Below, in pieces: positions 11,000-24,404 of a stretch of 64,000 bases of DNA (its first letter is position 1; each line of letters starts with the position of its first letter). The notes below the pieces were generated by a model, which saw only the letters and a list, made by a program, of their open reading frames with translations, was not told the origin of the DNA and did not search any database. Origin of the DNA: Anthoceros angustus (lineage: Eukaryota; Plantae; Anthocerotophyta); assembly GCA_010909165.1 (NCBI GenBank), contig VJWM01000281.1, forward strand, positions 62,001-126,000. The letters run 5' to 3'. A program made the translations under genes and the position numbers.

Positions 11000-11330
11000 C
11001 TCAAGGCGTCTGCAACCACATTGGTTGAGCGACACGTCGGATTTCTGGTGATAGCCGCTAGGATTGAGCCGTCCGAGCATTCGAGCATTTGAGAGAAGAA
11101 AATCTTTGCAAGGAATGGTGATCCGTGTGACACACCACTTTCTGACCTAAAAGGTAGTGCCGCCATACCTTCAAAGCATGTGTAATAGCCAACATTTCCT
11201 TGTCATTCACCGGGTAATTCAGCTGTGCTCCTTGCAACTTTCTGCTTTCATAGGCAATAGCTCTTCCTTGCTGGGATAGAACAGCTCCTATAGCAAAATC
11301 TGATGCATCAGTGTGGATCGTGTATGGCAT
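11000..11330 (-). pseudogene. pol: RNase H
   Basis: [35 protein letters not shown] and NVVADALSR. Confidence 0.93.
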
Positions 11331-11499
11331 ATGAGGTAGCTACTTGGAATAGAGCCAAAGATATTTGCCAGCTCAAAATTTGTGATGGCTCTGTTATTTA
11401 TGGAGACTTGTTCTTGAATGCCCTCATCACCATGGCCGATACTAAAGAGCCCTTGATACGCCTGAAACCCAATGCGGGAATCCCATTGGGTGATGTCTT

Positions 11500-12195
11500 G
11501 AGGTAAGGCCAATTACAAGATTAACCTACGGTGTCCACCGATGCCCGCCAGACCGATCATGACCAAGGTATTCACACTTTTCCTCATAAAAACACACTTG
11601 CTTCTCTTGGCTAGCGGCTTGTGTGCACGCAGAAGTCTAGCACCTTCCTAACCAAATGGAGGTGGGTTTGATCGTGTAAATAAGGATGTCATCCAAGAAG
11701 ACTTCAACACCATGTCCCAGCAAGGGCCGCAATATTTCCTGCATGAGACACTGGAAAGTGACAGGAGCATTGGTAAGACCAAACGGCATTACCCTGAATT
11801 CGAAGTGTCCATGTCGGTAAGGTCATGGCGCTCATCTCCTGCCCTAATTCGGATGGCGAAACCCGGATCCGAGGTCAATCTTGGTGAATAGCACTCCTAG
11901 TGGTCAAGGATCTCATCAATCCTTGGCATCTGATACACGTTCCGCACTGTGGCTCGATTGAGCCCCCGGTAATCTATGCACAGGCGCCACCCTCCATCTG
12001 GCTTGGCAACCAAGAGGACTGGAACACCAAAGGGTGACACAGAAGGTTGTACGAAACCCTTTTGCAGAAACTCATCAACTTGTTTCTTAATTTCTTCATT
12101 CTCCAAAGCAAACTCGAGGGTTGTATACAACGTTGACAAGACTCAATCGCATGATCCACATGTCTTCGAGGGAGCTCCATAGGTTCAACAAACAC
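11500..12195 (-). pseudogene. pol: Reverse transcriptase
   Basis: [30 protein letters not shown]..., [27 protein letters not shown] and FLDDILIY (~11677-11700). Confidence 0.93.
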
Positions 12196-12296
12196 ATCCG
12201 ATATTCTTGGGCGGATCCTTCATGGATCTGGCGCCTCATGAGCCTTTGCCTGTCTAGACTCGGGTGCCTTCTAAGGAAGTACCTTTTTGAGCTTTG

Positions 12297-12764
12297 CTAT
12301 GTGAACTCGCCCATGCGCGTTGCTTTATTGAGGCAGACCAAATATTGCTTGTCGGAGGTACACTCCCGTGCATGACATATGTATGTGGTGGCCATGCGGA
12401 GGCGGACAACGTTGTCCTTCCAAATTACTTCCACCGACAGAGTGGCTATTAGCCATGGCTTGCCTATGATCAGGTCATGACAAAGAGAGGGCATTACGGT
12501 TAACATGAGGACCTCCTTGAACCCACCTGGAAAGGTGAGTTCTACTTCCACCCACTGTTCTCTACTGGTCTCCCTCTCACCTAGGGCCGTGACCACTGTG
12601 GAAACTTGACCAGTTTCCTGGATCGATAGGCCCGCTCTCTCTACAGCTGCCTTGGAGACATAGTGGTGACTGGCCCCAGAATCAAGCAACCCTGTGGCAC
12701 GAACTCCTGCTAAAGCTACCTCAAACTTGATAGTTGAGCACATCGTGCCCAACCGGGTTTGCAT
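12297..12764 (-). pseudogene. pol: Retroviral-type aspartic protease
   Basis: LLDSGASHHYVS active-site motif and DLIIGKPWL. Confidence 0.9.
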
Positions 12765-12799
12765 GCATGGTTGAAGATGGGCTAGTGTGGATTCGCAAC

Positions 12800-14610
12800 C
12801 TCGTGATGGTTATGGCGTGTCCACTCTTGGCGAGGAGGTGCCGCTCCTTATGGTCGCCTGTCTCCTTCAAAGTTTATAAAGTCCTTCTGAATGGGCAAGC
12901 CTTGAGCCATGGCTTGATGTCAGGTGAAGCACTACGGCCTTCTTGTAATCCTCCTTCTCTTCTTCCGTGAGGATTTTGAAGGTTAGCTTCTTTTCGATCT
13001 ACCGAGACTTGCTCCACTTGGGCTTGGAAGGCGCCGAGGAGAGATGCTTATACTTGTTGGTGCCATAGTTGATGGCGCCTTCATGGCCTCCACCAAGGTT
13101 GTTGGGTTCGTTTGATTCACATACGCCCTCATCTCGAACTTGGTCCATCTATGAACTTCTCGATCTTACATTCCTCGTCCAACCCAGGCATATCAAGTGT
13201 AAGTTGTAAAACTTGTCACAATATTCTTGAATTGTGCCTTGTTGGAAAATCTTCTGAGGCTATACGAGTCCTTGCGGTGGTTCATGGCGTGAAGCTTCAA
13301 GGAAGATCTGTCGACGCTAAGAGTAAATAGGGGACTCCATGCCGAGGTCGACTTGTTTCTCACTGGCGCCACCATCGATAGGCGTATCCCTCCAACGACA
13401 TAACACGTAATTTTAAGTCATCCTTGTCGAAGCGCAAGGTATTTATCAATCTTATCTAACTAGTGGACACTAAAGCATCCTTGGCTCCTCCATCAAAGGT
13501 GGTCGTCTTGATCTTGCGTTGGAGTTCTTTGTCAAGTTGAGGCCTGGTTTGAATTGGTACTCCTCACCCTCTGCACCTCCCACTTGATTTCCTCATTTGG
13601 TTCTCGGTGCATTCTCATGGTACGCCTCAGAATGAGTTGTCCTTCGCTAGGGCTCCACGACAAGTTTCTTGACTCCCTGTCTTGCTCAAGTCCGGTGCCG
13701 GGCTCTGGCGTGGCCTGCTTCCTCCTCGAGGGCCGTGCCCGTGGGCGGAGGGGTGAGTGGTGCGTCCTTCAGGCGTGGGCTGGAAGTCTTGTGGCGGTGA
13801 GGGTGGCAGGGCCACGGGATGATCGCTCAAGATCGAGCACACCCTCTGTTCTCCAGTGTGCCCTCCACTTGAGCTTGAGTTTCTTGATGGACTCCTCAAC
13901 CTTTGATTGTTGTCTTTGGCAAGAGAAGGAACTCAAGAATTCGCTGTGTGTTTCTGGGTCCTCCTTCCAAGCCGGAGAGCCGAGTCGCCAATTTTTGGGT
14001 GATCTGTGGGTCTTTTTGCGTGACATCTGTTTGATTCCACCCCGTTCCGAGGTCGCGCCTCCGCAATCTGGTTGAACAATATCGGCGGTATCAACGCAGC
14101 TCGGGTTGTCAATTCCGAGTGAGCCTCCGCTTCCAGCTAGGCTTGAGTAGGAGCTCCGCCGCCTCCTCGTCTCCTCCGCCTCAGCACCTCGCCGTGCACT
14201 GGGAGCGAGACGCGCCAAGCGAATTGCCTAGATGGCGCTTCGCGGCGGACATCCCCAATTCCCTCAAGGTGGTCTTCCTCACTCTCTGATTCGGTCCACT
14301 TGGAGTCGGCGTGAAAGCTCATGTTGTTCGGCTGCGCCAGTGTTCCCTCCTTGAAGCCGCAGATGGACCGGTTGTGGATTGTCCCAATTACCCAGTGCAG
14401 GTGTCTTCAATCACCTCAAGGTTGTTACGGGCGCTGGCGGTTGCGCTCGCATCCTCAGCAATCGGGTCTGGTGCCGGTCTGGAATCCTCATCCACGATCT
14501 TGGTCGGATTGGCCTCTCGCCTCCCGATCGTTGGGGCCTCCTTCCAATCACACTTGCCTAGCCACGGCGATCTGTCCCGTCGATCTCGATCCGGTCTGAA
14601 CCCAAGATTC
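12800..14610 (-). pseudogene. gag: gag (low-complexity N-terminus, capsid-like region, CCHC zinc knuckle)
   Basis: LEGYAYRWWRQ at ~13362-13397, KIEKFIDG at ~13142-13168, and a degenerate CFT-HQ..HG...CP knuckle at ~12891-12933. Confidence 0.7.
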
Positions 14611-14829
14611 GGCAAGGAGCGGTTACTAGGATTCAATACCGTATTTGTTCACACGATGGAACATATATAGTCTTTCTTTCGGTGAAATTTCTGGTATTTA
14701 TTCAAAGATATTTACAAGCCAGCTCACAAAAACCCTATTGTGGCTATCATGATGTGCAAGCTTGATCACATGTTGCTCACCCTAATAAACCCCACGGTCC
14801 TAGTTCATGTAGTTCAAATCCGCCACTTG

Positions 14830-16560
14830 GCCAATCACGATGATTACTTTTGGTCTTTGCCCTCTTCCTCTTCTTGGCATTTTCGGCTGATTTGTGGAGC
14901 AACCCACTAATGTTTCATACTCAAGATGGGGTATTGTTATTCTTCTTGTTCAAGGTACAATACACTATTTCAAGATCGCAAAGTGGACATTTGAAAGGTC
15001 CTTGAGATAGCTTTGGCACGACTTTTGTGATTTTTGGTTTTGCCCAGCTCTTACGCTTGCCCATGTTTCTCAATGTCTTGTTCAAGGTACAATACACTAT
15101 TTCAAGATCGCAGTGGACATTTGAAAGGTCCTTGAGATAGCTTTGGCACGACTTTTGTGATTTTTGGTTTTGCCCAGCTCTTACGCTTGCCCATGTTTCT
15201 CAATGTCTTGTTCAAACATGAAGATCACTTTTGGTCTTTGCCCTCTTCCTCTTCCTCTTCTTCATGCCCCTCGCCATGTGATTATTCTTTTACTTGTTCA
15301 AGGTACAATACACTATTTCAAGATCGCAAAGTGGACATTTGAAAGGTCCTTGAGATAGCTTTGGCTTCTTGATCCCACTCCTCGTGAGACAGTTTTATGA
15401 GCCTCCAATGCGCCATGTGATTATTCTATTACTTGGCCAATCACGATGATTACTTTTGGTCTTTGCCCTCTTCCTCTTCTTGTTCAAGGTACAATACACT
15501 ATTTCAAGATCGCAGTGGACATTTGAAAGGTCCTTGAGATAGCTTTGGCACGACTTTTGTGATTTTTGGTTTTGCCCAGCTCTTACGCTTGCCCATGTTT
15601 CTCAATGTCTTGTTCAAGGTACAATACACTATTTCAAGATCGCAGTGGACATTTGAAAGGTCCTTGAGATAGCTTTGGCACGACTTTTGTGATTTTTGGT
15701 TTTGCCCAGCTCTTACGCTTGCCCATGTTTCTCAATGTCTTGTTCAAGGTACAATACACTATTTCAAGATCGCAGTGGACATTTGAAAGGTCCTTGAGAT
15801 AGCTTTGGCACGACTTTTGTGATTTTTGGTTTTGCCCAGCTCTTACGCTTGCCCATGTTTCTCAATGTCTTGTTCAAACATGAAGATCACTTTTGGTCTT
15901 TGCCCTCTTCCTCTTCTTGTTCAAACATGAAGATCACTTTTGGTCTTTGCCCTCTTCCTCTTCTTCATGCCCCTCGCCTCGCTCGCCTTCTTGTTCAAGG
16001 TACAATACACTCTTAAGTGCACAAGCACGAAGCAATTGTAACTATGGTTAGTTGATCCTAGGTTAGTCTCTCAAGCTAAACTAACCATAGTCGTGCTAGC
16101 CTAGGTTAACTCACTAGAGCATAGTTAGCAAACCGTAGTCAAGAACCTCGGGTTACACAAATTGGACATCTTTTCATTGCTAGTTCTAAATAAAGCTCCA
16201 AAACATATACATATGTCCAAAGCAGTTCTAAATAAAGCTCCAAAACATATACATATGTCCAACAACCTTGGTTGTTGGCGGTTAAAAGTAACGTTTGGGT
16301 CGGACCGTTCGATGATAGTTCATGTAGTTCAAATCCGCCACTTGGCCAATCACGATGATTACTTTTGGTCTTTGCCCTCTTCCTCTTCTTGGCATGCAAG
16401 TCCTTGCACTACATGCTGGTGATCTAGGTAATTTAATAACGATTCATCTAACACTTATCCTTCACCGGAGCTTGCTCAATCCGCCGTGATGCTTAACAAA
16501 AGCTCATACACTCTTAAGTGCACAAGCACGAAGCAATTGTAACTATGGTTAGTTGATCCT
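14830..16560. repeat. Scrambled monomer mosaic, including ~130 bp tandem copies of the ELF1-like 5' half (15481, 15611, 15741)
   Basis: Units are joined through the shared word TCTTGTTCA. Confidence 0.85.
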
Positions 16561-17487
16561 AGGTTAACTCACTAGAGCATAGTTAGCAAACCGTAGTCAA
16601 GAACCTCGGGTTACACAAATTGGACATGGACACGGACCAAGCCGCAGGGCTACAAGTCACACGCGCCAAGATCAAGAAGACTCTCTTCATGCCCCTCGCC
16701 TCGCTCGCGGTCGAGGCCCTCGTCATGTGCGCTCATATATGGTATCAAAGCCTATCCATCGATCCGCTGCACCGATGTTTCTTGAAGATCTCAATGCACC
16801 GGAGTGGATCAAAAGAAGGAGATATGGGAGCTTGCCAACGATCGAGCAGTTAGGGCTTAGGCGAGAGCAGACAAGCCTTGTCATAGCATTAGGGCTTATC
16901 CACTAGAAAAGGTAGTTAATATAAGCGGCATCCTACGAGATGGGCACCCACAGTGCACGAGGAGCGGCAAGCGAACGAGAGAGTCTCTTGGATCTTGGGA
17001 ACGGATCAAGTAGCCCGCGCCTTGTCCGAGCACGTGTTCAAATATTTGACTCACCTTGTTCTTGACTAGAGTATGCCTAACTCGTTAGTTGATCCTAGGT
17101 TAGTCTCTCAAGCTAAACTAAGTACATCCTATAGCTAGCTAGCTAGCCCTCGTGCTTGCTATGTCCATCATAGCCTCGCGATCGACTATGTCCATCATAG
17201 CCTCGCGATCGACTATGTCCATCATAGCCTCGCGATCGACTATGTCCTTCACGGAGCTTGCTCAATCCGCCGTGATGCTTAACAAAAGCTCATACACTCT
17301 TAAGTGCACAAGCACGAAGCAATTGTAACTATGGTTGATATAAACATAATTTCTAAGAAGGCACAAGTTGGTCTTGAAGATGGTCTTGTGTCGTATTCTG
17401 GCACCATTCTTGCGTGCCTTTTGAGACATGTTGTATGATTCCCCAATGTGCCAAGAGATTATTCTTTTACTTGTTCAAACATGAAGA

Positions 17488-17921
17488 TCACTTTTTGGTC
17501 TTTGCCCTCTTCCTCTTCTTGGCATTTTCGGCTGATTTGTGGAGCAACCCACTAATGTTTCATTATAACTTATTCAAAAACTTTAATCAAATCCAAAACA
17601 TATACATATGTCCAAAGCAGTTCAAATCAAAGCGTGAGGAAAATGCAAATGCTAGCCTAGTCTAGAAAAATAATGAGTTTTGCTTTCTCACGTCTTCTTG
17701 GACCGCGTCAACCCAGTAGTAGACATCGATTGGCACGCTTAGGCTATGAATATCGGTCTCAAAATATTTTTCACAGGCGTCGAGGCCCTCGCCTCGCTCG
17801 CCTTCTTGTTCAAGGTACAATACACTATTTCAAGATCGCAGTGGACATTTGAAAGGTCCTTCGATAGCTTTGGCACGACTTTTGTGATTTTTGGTTTTGC
17901 CCAGCTCTTACGCTTGCCCAT
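17488..17921 (-). CDS. ELF1: ELF1-like copy (frameshifted as assembled)
   Basis: ORF 17739..17930 shows MGKRKSWAKPKITKVVPKL. Downstream DACEKYFETDIHSLSVPIDVY and exon 2 AENAKKRKRAKTKK* are present. Confidence 0.8.
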
Positions 17922-19933
17922 GTTTCTCAATGTCTTGTTCGTGAGTTAGGCTCTTTATTTTCTTGGGATCTAAAAACGAAAGGAGGCGGTTACTAGGATT
18001 CAATACCGTATTTGTTCACACGATGGAACATATATAGTCTTTCTTTCGTGAAATTTCTGGTATTTATTCAAAGATATTTACAAGCCAGCTCACAAAACCC
18101 TATTGTGGCTATCATGATGTGCAAGCTTGATCACATGTTGCTCACCCTAATAAACCCCACGGTCCTAGTTCATATCCGCCACTTGCCAACTACTAGTTGA
18201 ACTACTAGTTGAACTGCAATTGCCAATGCGAGGAGGTCTTTACTATGTAGAAAAGGTTTTTTTTTTTTTTTGGTTGGAAGTTTCATGCCAAAGCTGGTTA
18301 AAAAGTAACGCTTTGGGTCGGACCGTTCGATGATAGTTCATACATGCCACATAAGCAATCATGCTTTAGTAGAGAAATTGATCCAAAATAGAATGGGTGT
18401 AGTTTCTCTTTGATGTAGACTAGGTTTTCAAAGTTTTGGTGTTTCATACTCAAGATGGGGTATTGTTATTCTTCTTCTATTTATCTATCTAGGTACATGA
18501 TCGGCATCAACAAATCCATCAATTGCAAGAATGTATCCAATGATGGACAATAAACACCAACAATATTTTTGCCAACTTCATTGCTAGTTCTAAATAAAGC
18601 TCCAAAACCTACATTATTTACATCGTCCTCGAAATTAGCATACAATGAGCCTAATTGTGTGTCTTCGTATATGTGGGGCGTAGTTGATCTTGGCATGCAA
18701 GTCCTTGCACTACATGTCGGTACTAGGTGCTTCTTTGGCTTCTTGATCCCACTCCTCGTGAGACAGTTTTATGAGCCTCCAATGCGCCATGTGATTATTC
18801 TATTACTTGGCCAATCACGATGATTACTTTTTGGTCTTTGCCCTTTTCTATTCTTGGAATTTTTGGTGATTTGTTGAGTAGCCTACCAACTACGGACCGT
18901 GATCCAAGGGCGAGCATAGTCTCGATGAGCTAAGCACCTAATCGGTGCAGACGAGCCGCGAGATGGTGGATCGCAAGGAGGCGGCTTGCGACTAACCATA
19001 GTCGTGCTAGCCTAGGTTAACTCACTAGAGCATAGTTAGCAAACCGTAGTCAAGAACCTCGGGTTACACAAATTGGACATGGACACGGACCAAGCCGCAG
19101 GGCTACAAGTCACACGCCAAGATCAAGAAGACTCTCTTCTTCATGCCCCTCGCCTCGCGGTCGAGGCCCTCGTCATGTGCGCTCATATATGGTATCAAAG
19201 CCTATCCATCGATCATTCGATGTTTCTTGAAGATCTCAATGCACCGGAGTGGATCAAAAGAAGGAGATATGGGAGCTTGCGACCAACGATCGGCATTTGT
19301 TAGGGCTTAGGGCGTGAACGGAGCAAGCCTTGTCATAGCATTAGGGCTTATCCGACTTCTAGAAAGGTAGTTAATATAAGCGGCATCCTACGAGATGGGC
19401 ACCCAGCACGAGGAGCGCGGGAACGAGAGAGTCTCTTGGATCTTGGGAACGGATCAAGTAGCCCGCGCCTTGTCCGAGCACGTGTTCAAATATTTGACTC
19501 ACCTTGTTCTTGACTAGAGTATGCCTAACTCGTTAGTTGATCCTAGGTTAGTCTCTCAAGCTAAACTAACGTACATCCTATAGCTAGCTAGCTAGCCCTC
19601 GTGCTTGCGCTATGTCGGACGCCGCCACGGCCCTCGGCGGATTAGGTGGCTCGGTGCTATGTCCATCATAGCCTCGCGATCGACTATGTCCTTCACGGTG
19701 GAGCTTGCTCAATCCGCCGTGACGATTAACAAAAGCTCATACACTCTTAAGTGCACAAGCACGAAGCAATTGTAACTATGGTTGATATAAACATAATTTC
19801 TAAGAAGGCACAAGTTGGTCTTGAAGATGGTCTGTGTCGTATTCTGGCACCATTCTTGCGTGCCTTTTGAGACATGTTGTATGATTCCCCAATGTGCCAA
19901 GAGATTATTCTTTTACTTGTTCAAACATGAAGA

Positions 19934-20374
19934 TCACTTTTTGGTCTTTGCCCTCTTCCTCTTCTTGGCATTTTCGGCTGATTTGTGGAGCAACCCACTA
20001 ATGTTTCATTATAACTTATTCAAAAACTTTAATCAAATCCAAAACATATACATATGTCCAAACAGTTCTAAATCAAAGGTGGAGGAAAATGCAAATGCTA
20101 GCCTAGTCTAGAAAAATAATGAGTTTTGCTTTCTCACCGTCTTCTTGGACCGTCAACCCATTGTAGTAGACATCGATTGGCACGCTTAGGCTATGAATAT
20201 CGGTCTCAAAATATTTTTCACAGGCGTCGAGGCCCTCGCCATGTGATTATTCTTCTTGTTCAAGGTACAATACACTATTTCAAGATCGCAAAGTGGACAT
20301 TTGAAAGGTCCTTGAGATAGCTTTGGCACGACTTTTGTGATTTTTGGTTTTGCCCAGCTCTTACGCTTGCCCAT
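19934..20374 (-). CDS. ELF1: ELF1-like copy (best-preserved N-terminal half)
   Basis: ORF 20186..20395 contains MGKRKSWAKPKITKVVPKLSQGPFKCPLCDLEIVYCTLNKK. After a shift it reads DACEKYFETDIHSLSVPIDVYY. Acceptor AATCAG|CCGAAAAT and exon 2 are intact. Confidence 0.85.
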
Positions 20375-23300
20375 GTTTCTCAATGTCTTGTTCATGAGTT
20401 AGGCTCTTTATTTTCTTGGGATCTAAAAACGAAAGGAGACTACTAGGATTCAATACCGTATTTGTTCACACGATGGAACATATATAGTCTTTCTTTCGGT
20501 GAAATTTCTCGGTATTTATTCAAAGATATTTACAAGCCAGCTCACAAAAACCCTATTGTGGCTATCATGATGTGCAAGCTTGATCACATGTTGCTCACCC
20601 TAATAAACCCCACGGTCCTAGTTCATGTAGTTCAAATCCGCCACTTGGCCAACTACTAGTTGAACTGCAATTCAACGGCCAATTGGAGGAGGTCTTTACT
20701 ATGTAGAAAAGGTTTTTTTTTTTTTTTGGTTGGAAGTTTCATGCCAAAGCTGGTTAAAAGTAACGTTTGGGTCGGACCGTTCGATGATAGTTCATACATG
20801 CCACATAAGCAATCATGCTTTAGTAGAGAAATTAATCCAAAATAGAATGGGTGTAGTTTCTCTTTGATGTAGACTAAGACTAAGCTTGAACTATCATTGA
20901 ACTACTAGTTTGGCATGGACCTCGTCTAATCAATAGTCTTTGCACTTTTGAATAGGTTTTCAAAGTTTTGGTGTTTCATACTCAAGATGGGGTATTGTTA
21001 TTCTTCTTCTATTTATCTATCTAGGTACATGATCGGCATCAACAAATCCATCAATTGCAAGAATGTATCCAATCGATGGACAATAAACACCAACAATATT
21101 TTTGCCAACTTCATTGCTAGTTCTAAATAAAGCTCCAAAACCTACATTATTTACATCGTCCTCGAAATTAGCATACAATGAGCCTAATTGTGTGTCTTCG
21201 TATATGTGGGGCGTAGTTGATCTTGGCATGCAAGTCCTTGCACTACATGTCGGTACTAGGTGCTTCTTTGGCTTCTTGATCCCACTCCTCGTGAGACAGT
21301 TTTATGAGCCTCCAATGCGCCATGTGATTATTCTATTACTTGGCCAATCACGATGATTACTTTTGGTCTTTGCCCTTTTCTATTCTTGGAATTTTTGGTG
21401 ATTTGTTGAGTAGCCTACCAACCACGGACCGTGATCCAAGGACGAGCATAGTCTCGATGAGCTAAGCACCTAATCGGTGCAGACGGCACGAGATGGTGGA
21501 TCAAAAGAAGGAGATGGGAGCTTGCGACTAACCATAGTCGTGCTAGCCTAGGTTAACTCACTAGAGCATAGTTAGCAAACCGTAGTCAAGAACCTCGGGT
21601 TACACAAATTGGACATGGACACGGACCAAGCCGCAGGGCTACAAGTCACACGCGCCAAGATCAAGAAGACTCTTCTTCATGCCCCTCGCCTCGCTCGCGG
21701 TCGAGGCCCTCGCCTCGCTCGCCTTCTTGTTCAAGGTACAATACACTATTTCAAGATCGCAGTGGACATTTGAAAGGTCCTTGATAGCTTTGCACGACTT
21801 TTGTGATTTTTGGTTTTGCCCAGCTCTTACGCTTGCCCATGTTTCTCAATGTCTTGTTCGTGAGTTAGGCTCTTTATTTTCTTGGATCTAAAAACGAAAG
21901 GAGACTACTAGGATTCAATACCGTATTTGTTCACACGATGGAACATATATAGTCTTTCTTTCGGTGAAATTTCTCGGTATTTATTCAAAGATATTTACAA
22001 GCCAGCTCACAAAAACCCTATTGTGGCTATCATGATGTGCAAGCTTGATCACATGTTGCTCACCCTAATAAACCCCACGGTCCTAGTTCATGTAGTTCAA
22101 ATCCGCCACTTGGCCAACTACTAGTTGAACTACATTATTTACATCGTCCTCGAAATTAGCATACAATGAGCCTAATTGTGTGTCTTCTTGTTCAAACATG
22201 AAGATCACTTTTGGTCTTTGCCCTTTTCTATTCTTGGAATTTTTGGTTGGAAGTTTCATGCCAAAGCTGGTTAAAAGTAACGTTTGGGTCGGACCGTTCG
22301 ATGATAGTTCATACATGCCACATAAGCAATCATGCTTTAGTAGAGAAATTGATCCAAAATAGAATGGGTGTAGTTTCTCTTTGATGTAGACTAAGACTAA
22401 GCTTGAACTATCATTGAACTACTAGTTTGGCATGGACTAGGTTTTCAGAATAGGTTTTCAAAGTTTTGGTGTTTCATACTCAAGATGGGGTATTGTTATT
22501 CTTCTTCTATTTATCTATCTAGGTACATGGCATCAACAAATCCATCAATTGCAAGAATGTATCCAAGCGATGGACAATAAACACCAACAATATTTTTGCC
22601 AACTTCATTGCTAGTTCTAAATAAAGCTCCAAAACCTACATTATTTACATCGTCCTCGAAATTAGCATACAATGAGCCTAATTGTGTGTCTTCGTATATG
22701 TGGGGCGTAGTTGATCTTGGCATGCAAGTCCTTGCACTACATGTCGGTACTAGGTGCTTCTTTGGCTTCTTGATCCCACCTCGTGAGACAGTTTTATGAG
22801 CCTCCAATGCGCCATGTGATTATTCTATTACTTGGCCAATCACGATGATTACTTTTGGTCTTTGCCCTTTTCTATTCTTGGAATTTTTGACGATTTGTTG
22901 AGTAGCCTACCAACCACGGACCGTGATCCAAGGACGAGCATAGTCTCGATGAGCTAAGCACCTAATCGGTGCAGACGGCACGAGATGGTGGATCAAAAGA
23001 AGGAGATATGGGAGCTTGCGACTAACCATAGTCGTGCTAGCCTAGGTTAACTCACTAGAGCATAGTTAGCAAACCGTAGTCAAGAACCTCGGGTTACACA
23101 AATTGGACATGGACACGGACCAAGCCGCAGGGCTACAAGTCACACGCGCCAAGATCAAGAAGACTCTCTTCTTCATGCCCCTCGCCTCGCTCGCGGTCGA
23201 GGCCCTCGTCATGTGCGCTCATATATGGTATCAAAGCCTATCCATCGATCTGCGCGTTTCTTGAAGATCTCAATGCACCGGAGTGGATCAAAAGAAGGAG

Positions 23301-23969
23301 ATATGGGAGCTTGCGACCAACGATCGAGCGGTGTTAGGGCTTAGGGCGAACGGAGCAAGCCTTGTCATAGCATTAGGGCTTATCCACTTCTAGAAAGGTA
23401 GTTAATATAAGCGGCATCCTACGAGATGGGCACCCAGCACGAGGAGCGGCAAGTCGAACGAGAGAGTCTCTTGGATCTTGGGAACGGATCAAGTAGCCCG
23501 CGCCTTGTCCGAGCACGTGTTCAAATATTTGACTCACCTTGTTCTTGACTAGAGTATGCCTAACTCGTTAGTTGATCCTAGGTTAGTCTCTCAAGCTAAA
23601 CTAACCGTACATCCTATAGCTAGCTAGCTAGCCCTCGTGCTTGCGGCTATGTCGGACGCCGCCACGGCCCTCGGCGGATTAGGCGGCTCGGTGCTATGTC
23701 CATCATAGCCTCGCGATCGACTATGTCCTTCACTGGAGCTTGCTCAATCCGCCGTGACGATTAACAAAAGCTCATACACTCTTAAGTGCACAAGCACGAA
23801 GCAATTGTAACTATGGTTGATATAAACATAATTTCTAAGAAGGCACAAGTTGGTCTTGAAGATGGTGCTGTGTCGTATTCTGGCACCATTCTTGCGTGCC
23901 TTTTGAGACATGTTGTATGATTCCCCAATGTGCCAAGAGATTATTCTTTTACTTGTTCAAACATGAAGA

Positions 23970-24404
23970 TCACTTTTGGTCTTTGCCCTCTTCCTCTTCT
24001 TGGCATTTTCGGCTGATTTGTGGAGCAACCCACTAATGTTTCATTATAACTTATTCAAAAACTTTAATCAAATCCATATGGACATATACATATGTCCAAA
24101 CAGTTCAAATCAGCGTGAGGAAAATGCAAATGCTAGCCTAGTCTAGAAAAATAATGAGTTTTGCTTTCTCACGTCTTCTTGGACCGCGTCAACCCATGTA
24201 GTAGACATCGATTGGCACGCTTAGGCTATGAATATCGATCTCAAAATATTTTTCACGAGGCATCGCGAGGCGACCCTGATCGTCTTCTTGTTCAAGGTAC
24301 AATACACTATTTCAAGATCGCAAAGTGGACATTTGAAAGGTCCTTGATAGCTTTGGCACGACTTTTGTGATTTTTGGTTTTGCCCAGCTCTTACGCTTGC
24401 CCAT
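23970..24404 (-). CDS. ELF1: ELF1-like copy
   Basis: Same two-exon structure; shows the QGRL..DA segment between the Cys pairs. Confidence 0.8.

Larger units (their letters stand above)
10415..14610 (-). mobile_element. Ty3/gypsy LTR-retrotransposon internal region (gag-PR-RT-RH-IN), frameshifted and truncated at both ends; no LTR identified
   Basis: Domain order PR-RT-RH-IN is diagnostic of Ty3/gypsy; motifs are listed in the sub-features. Confidence 0.95.
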
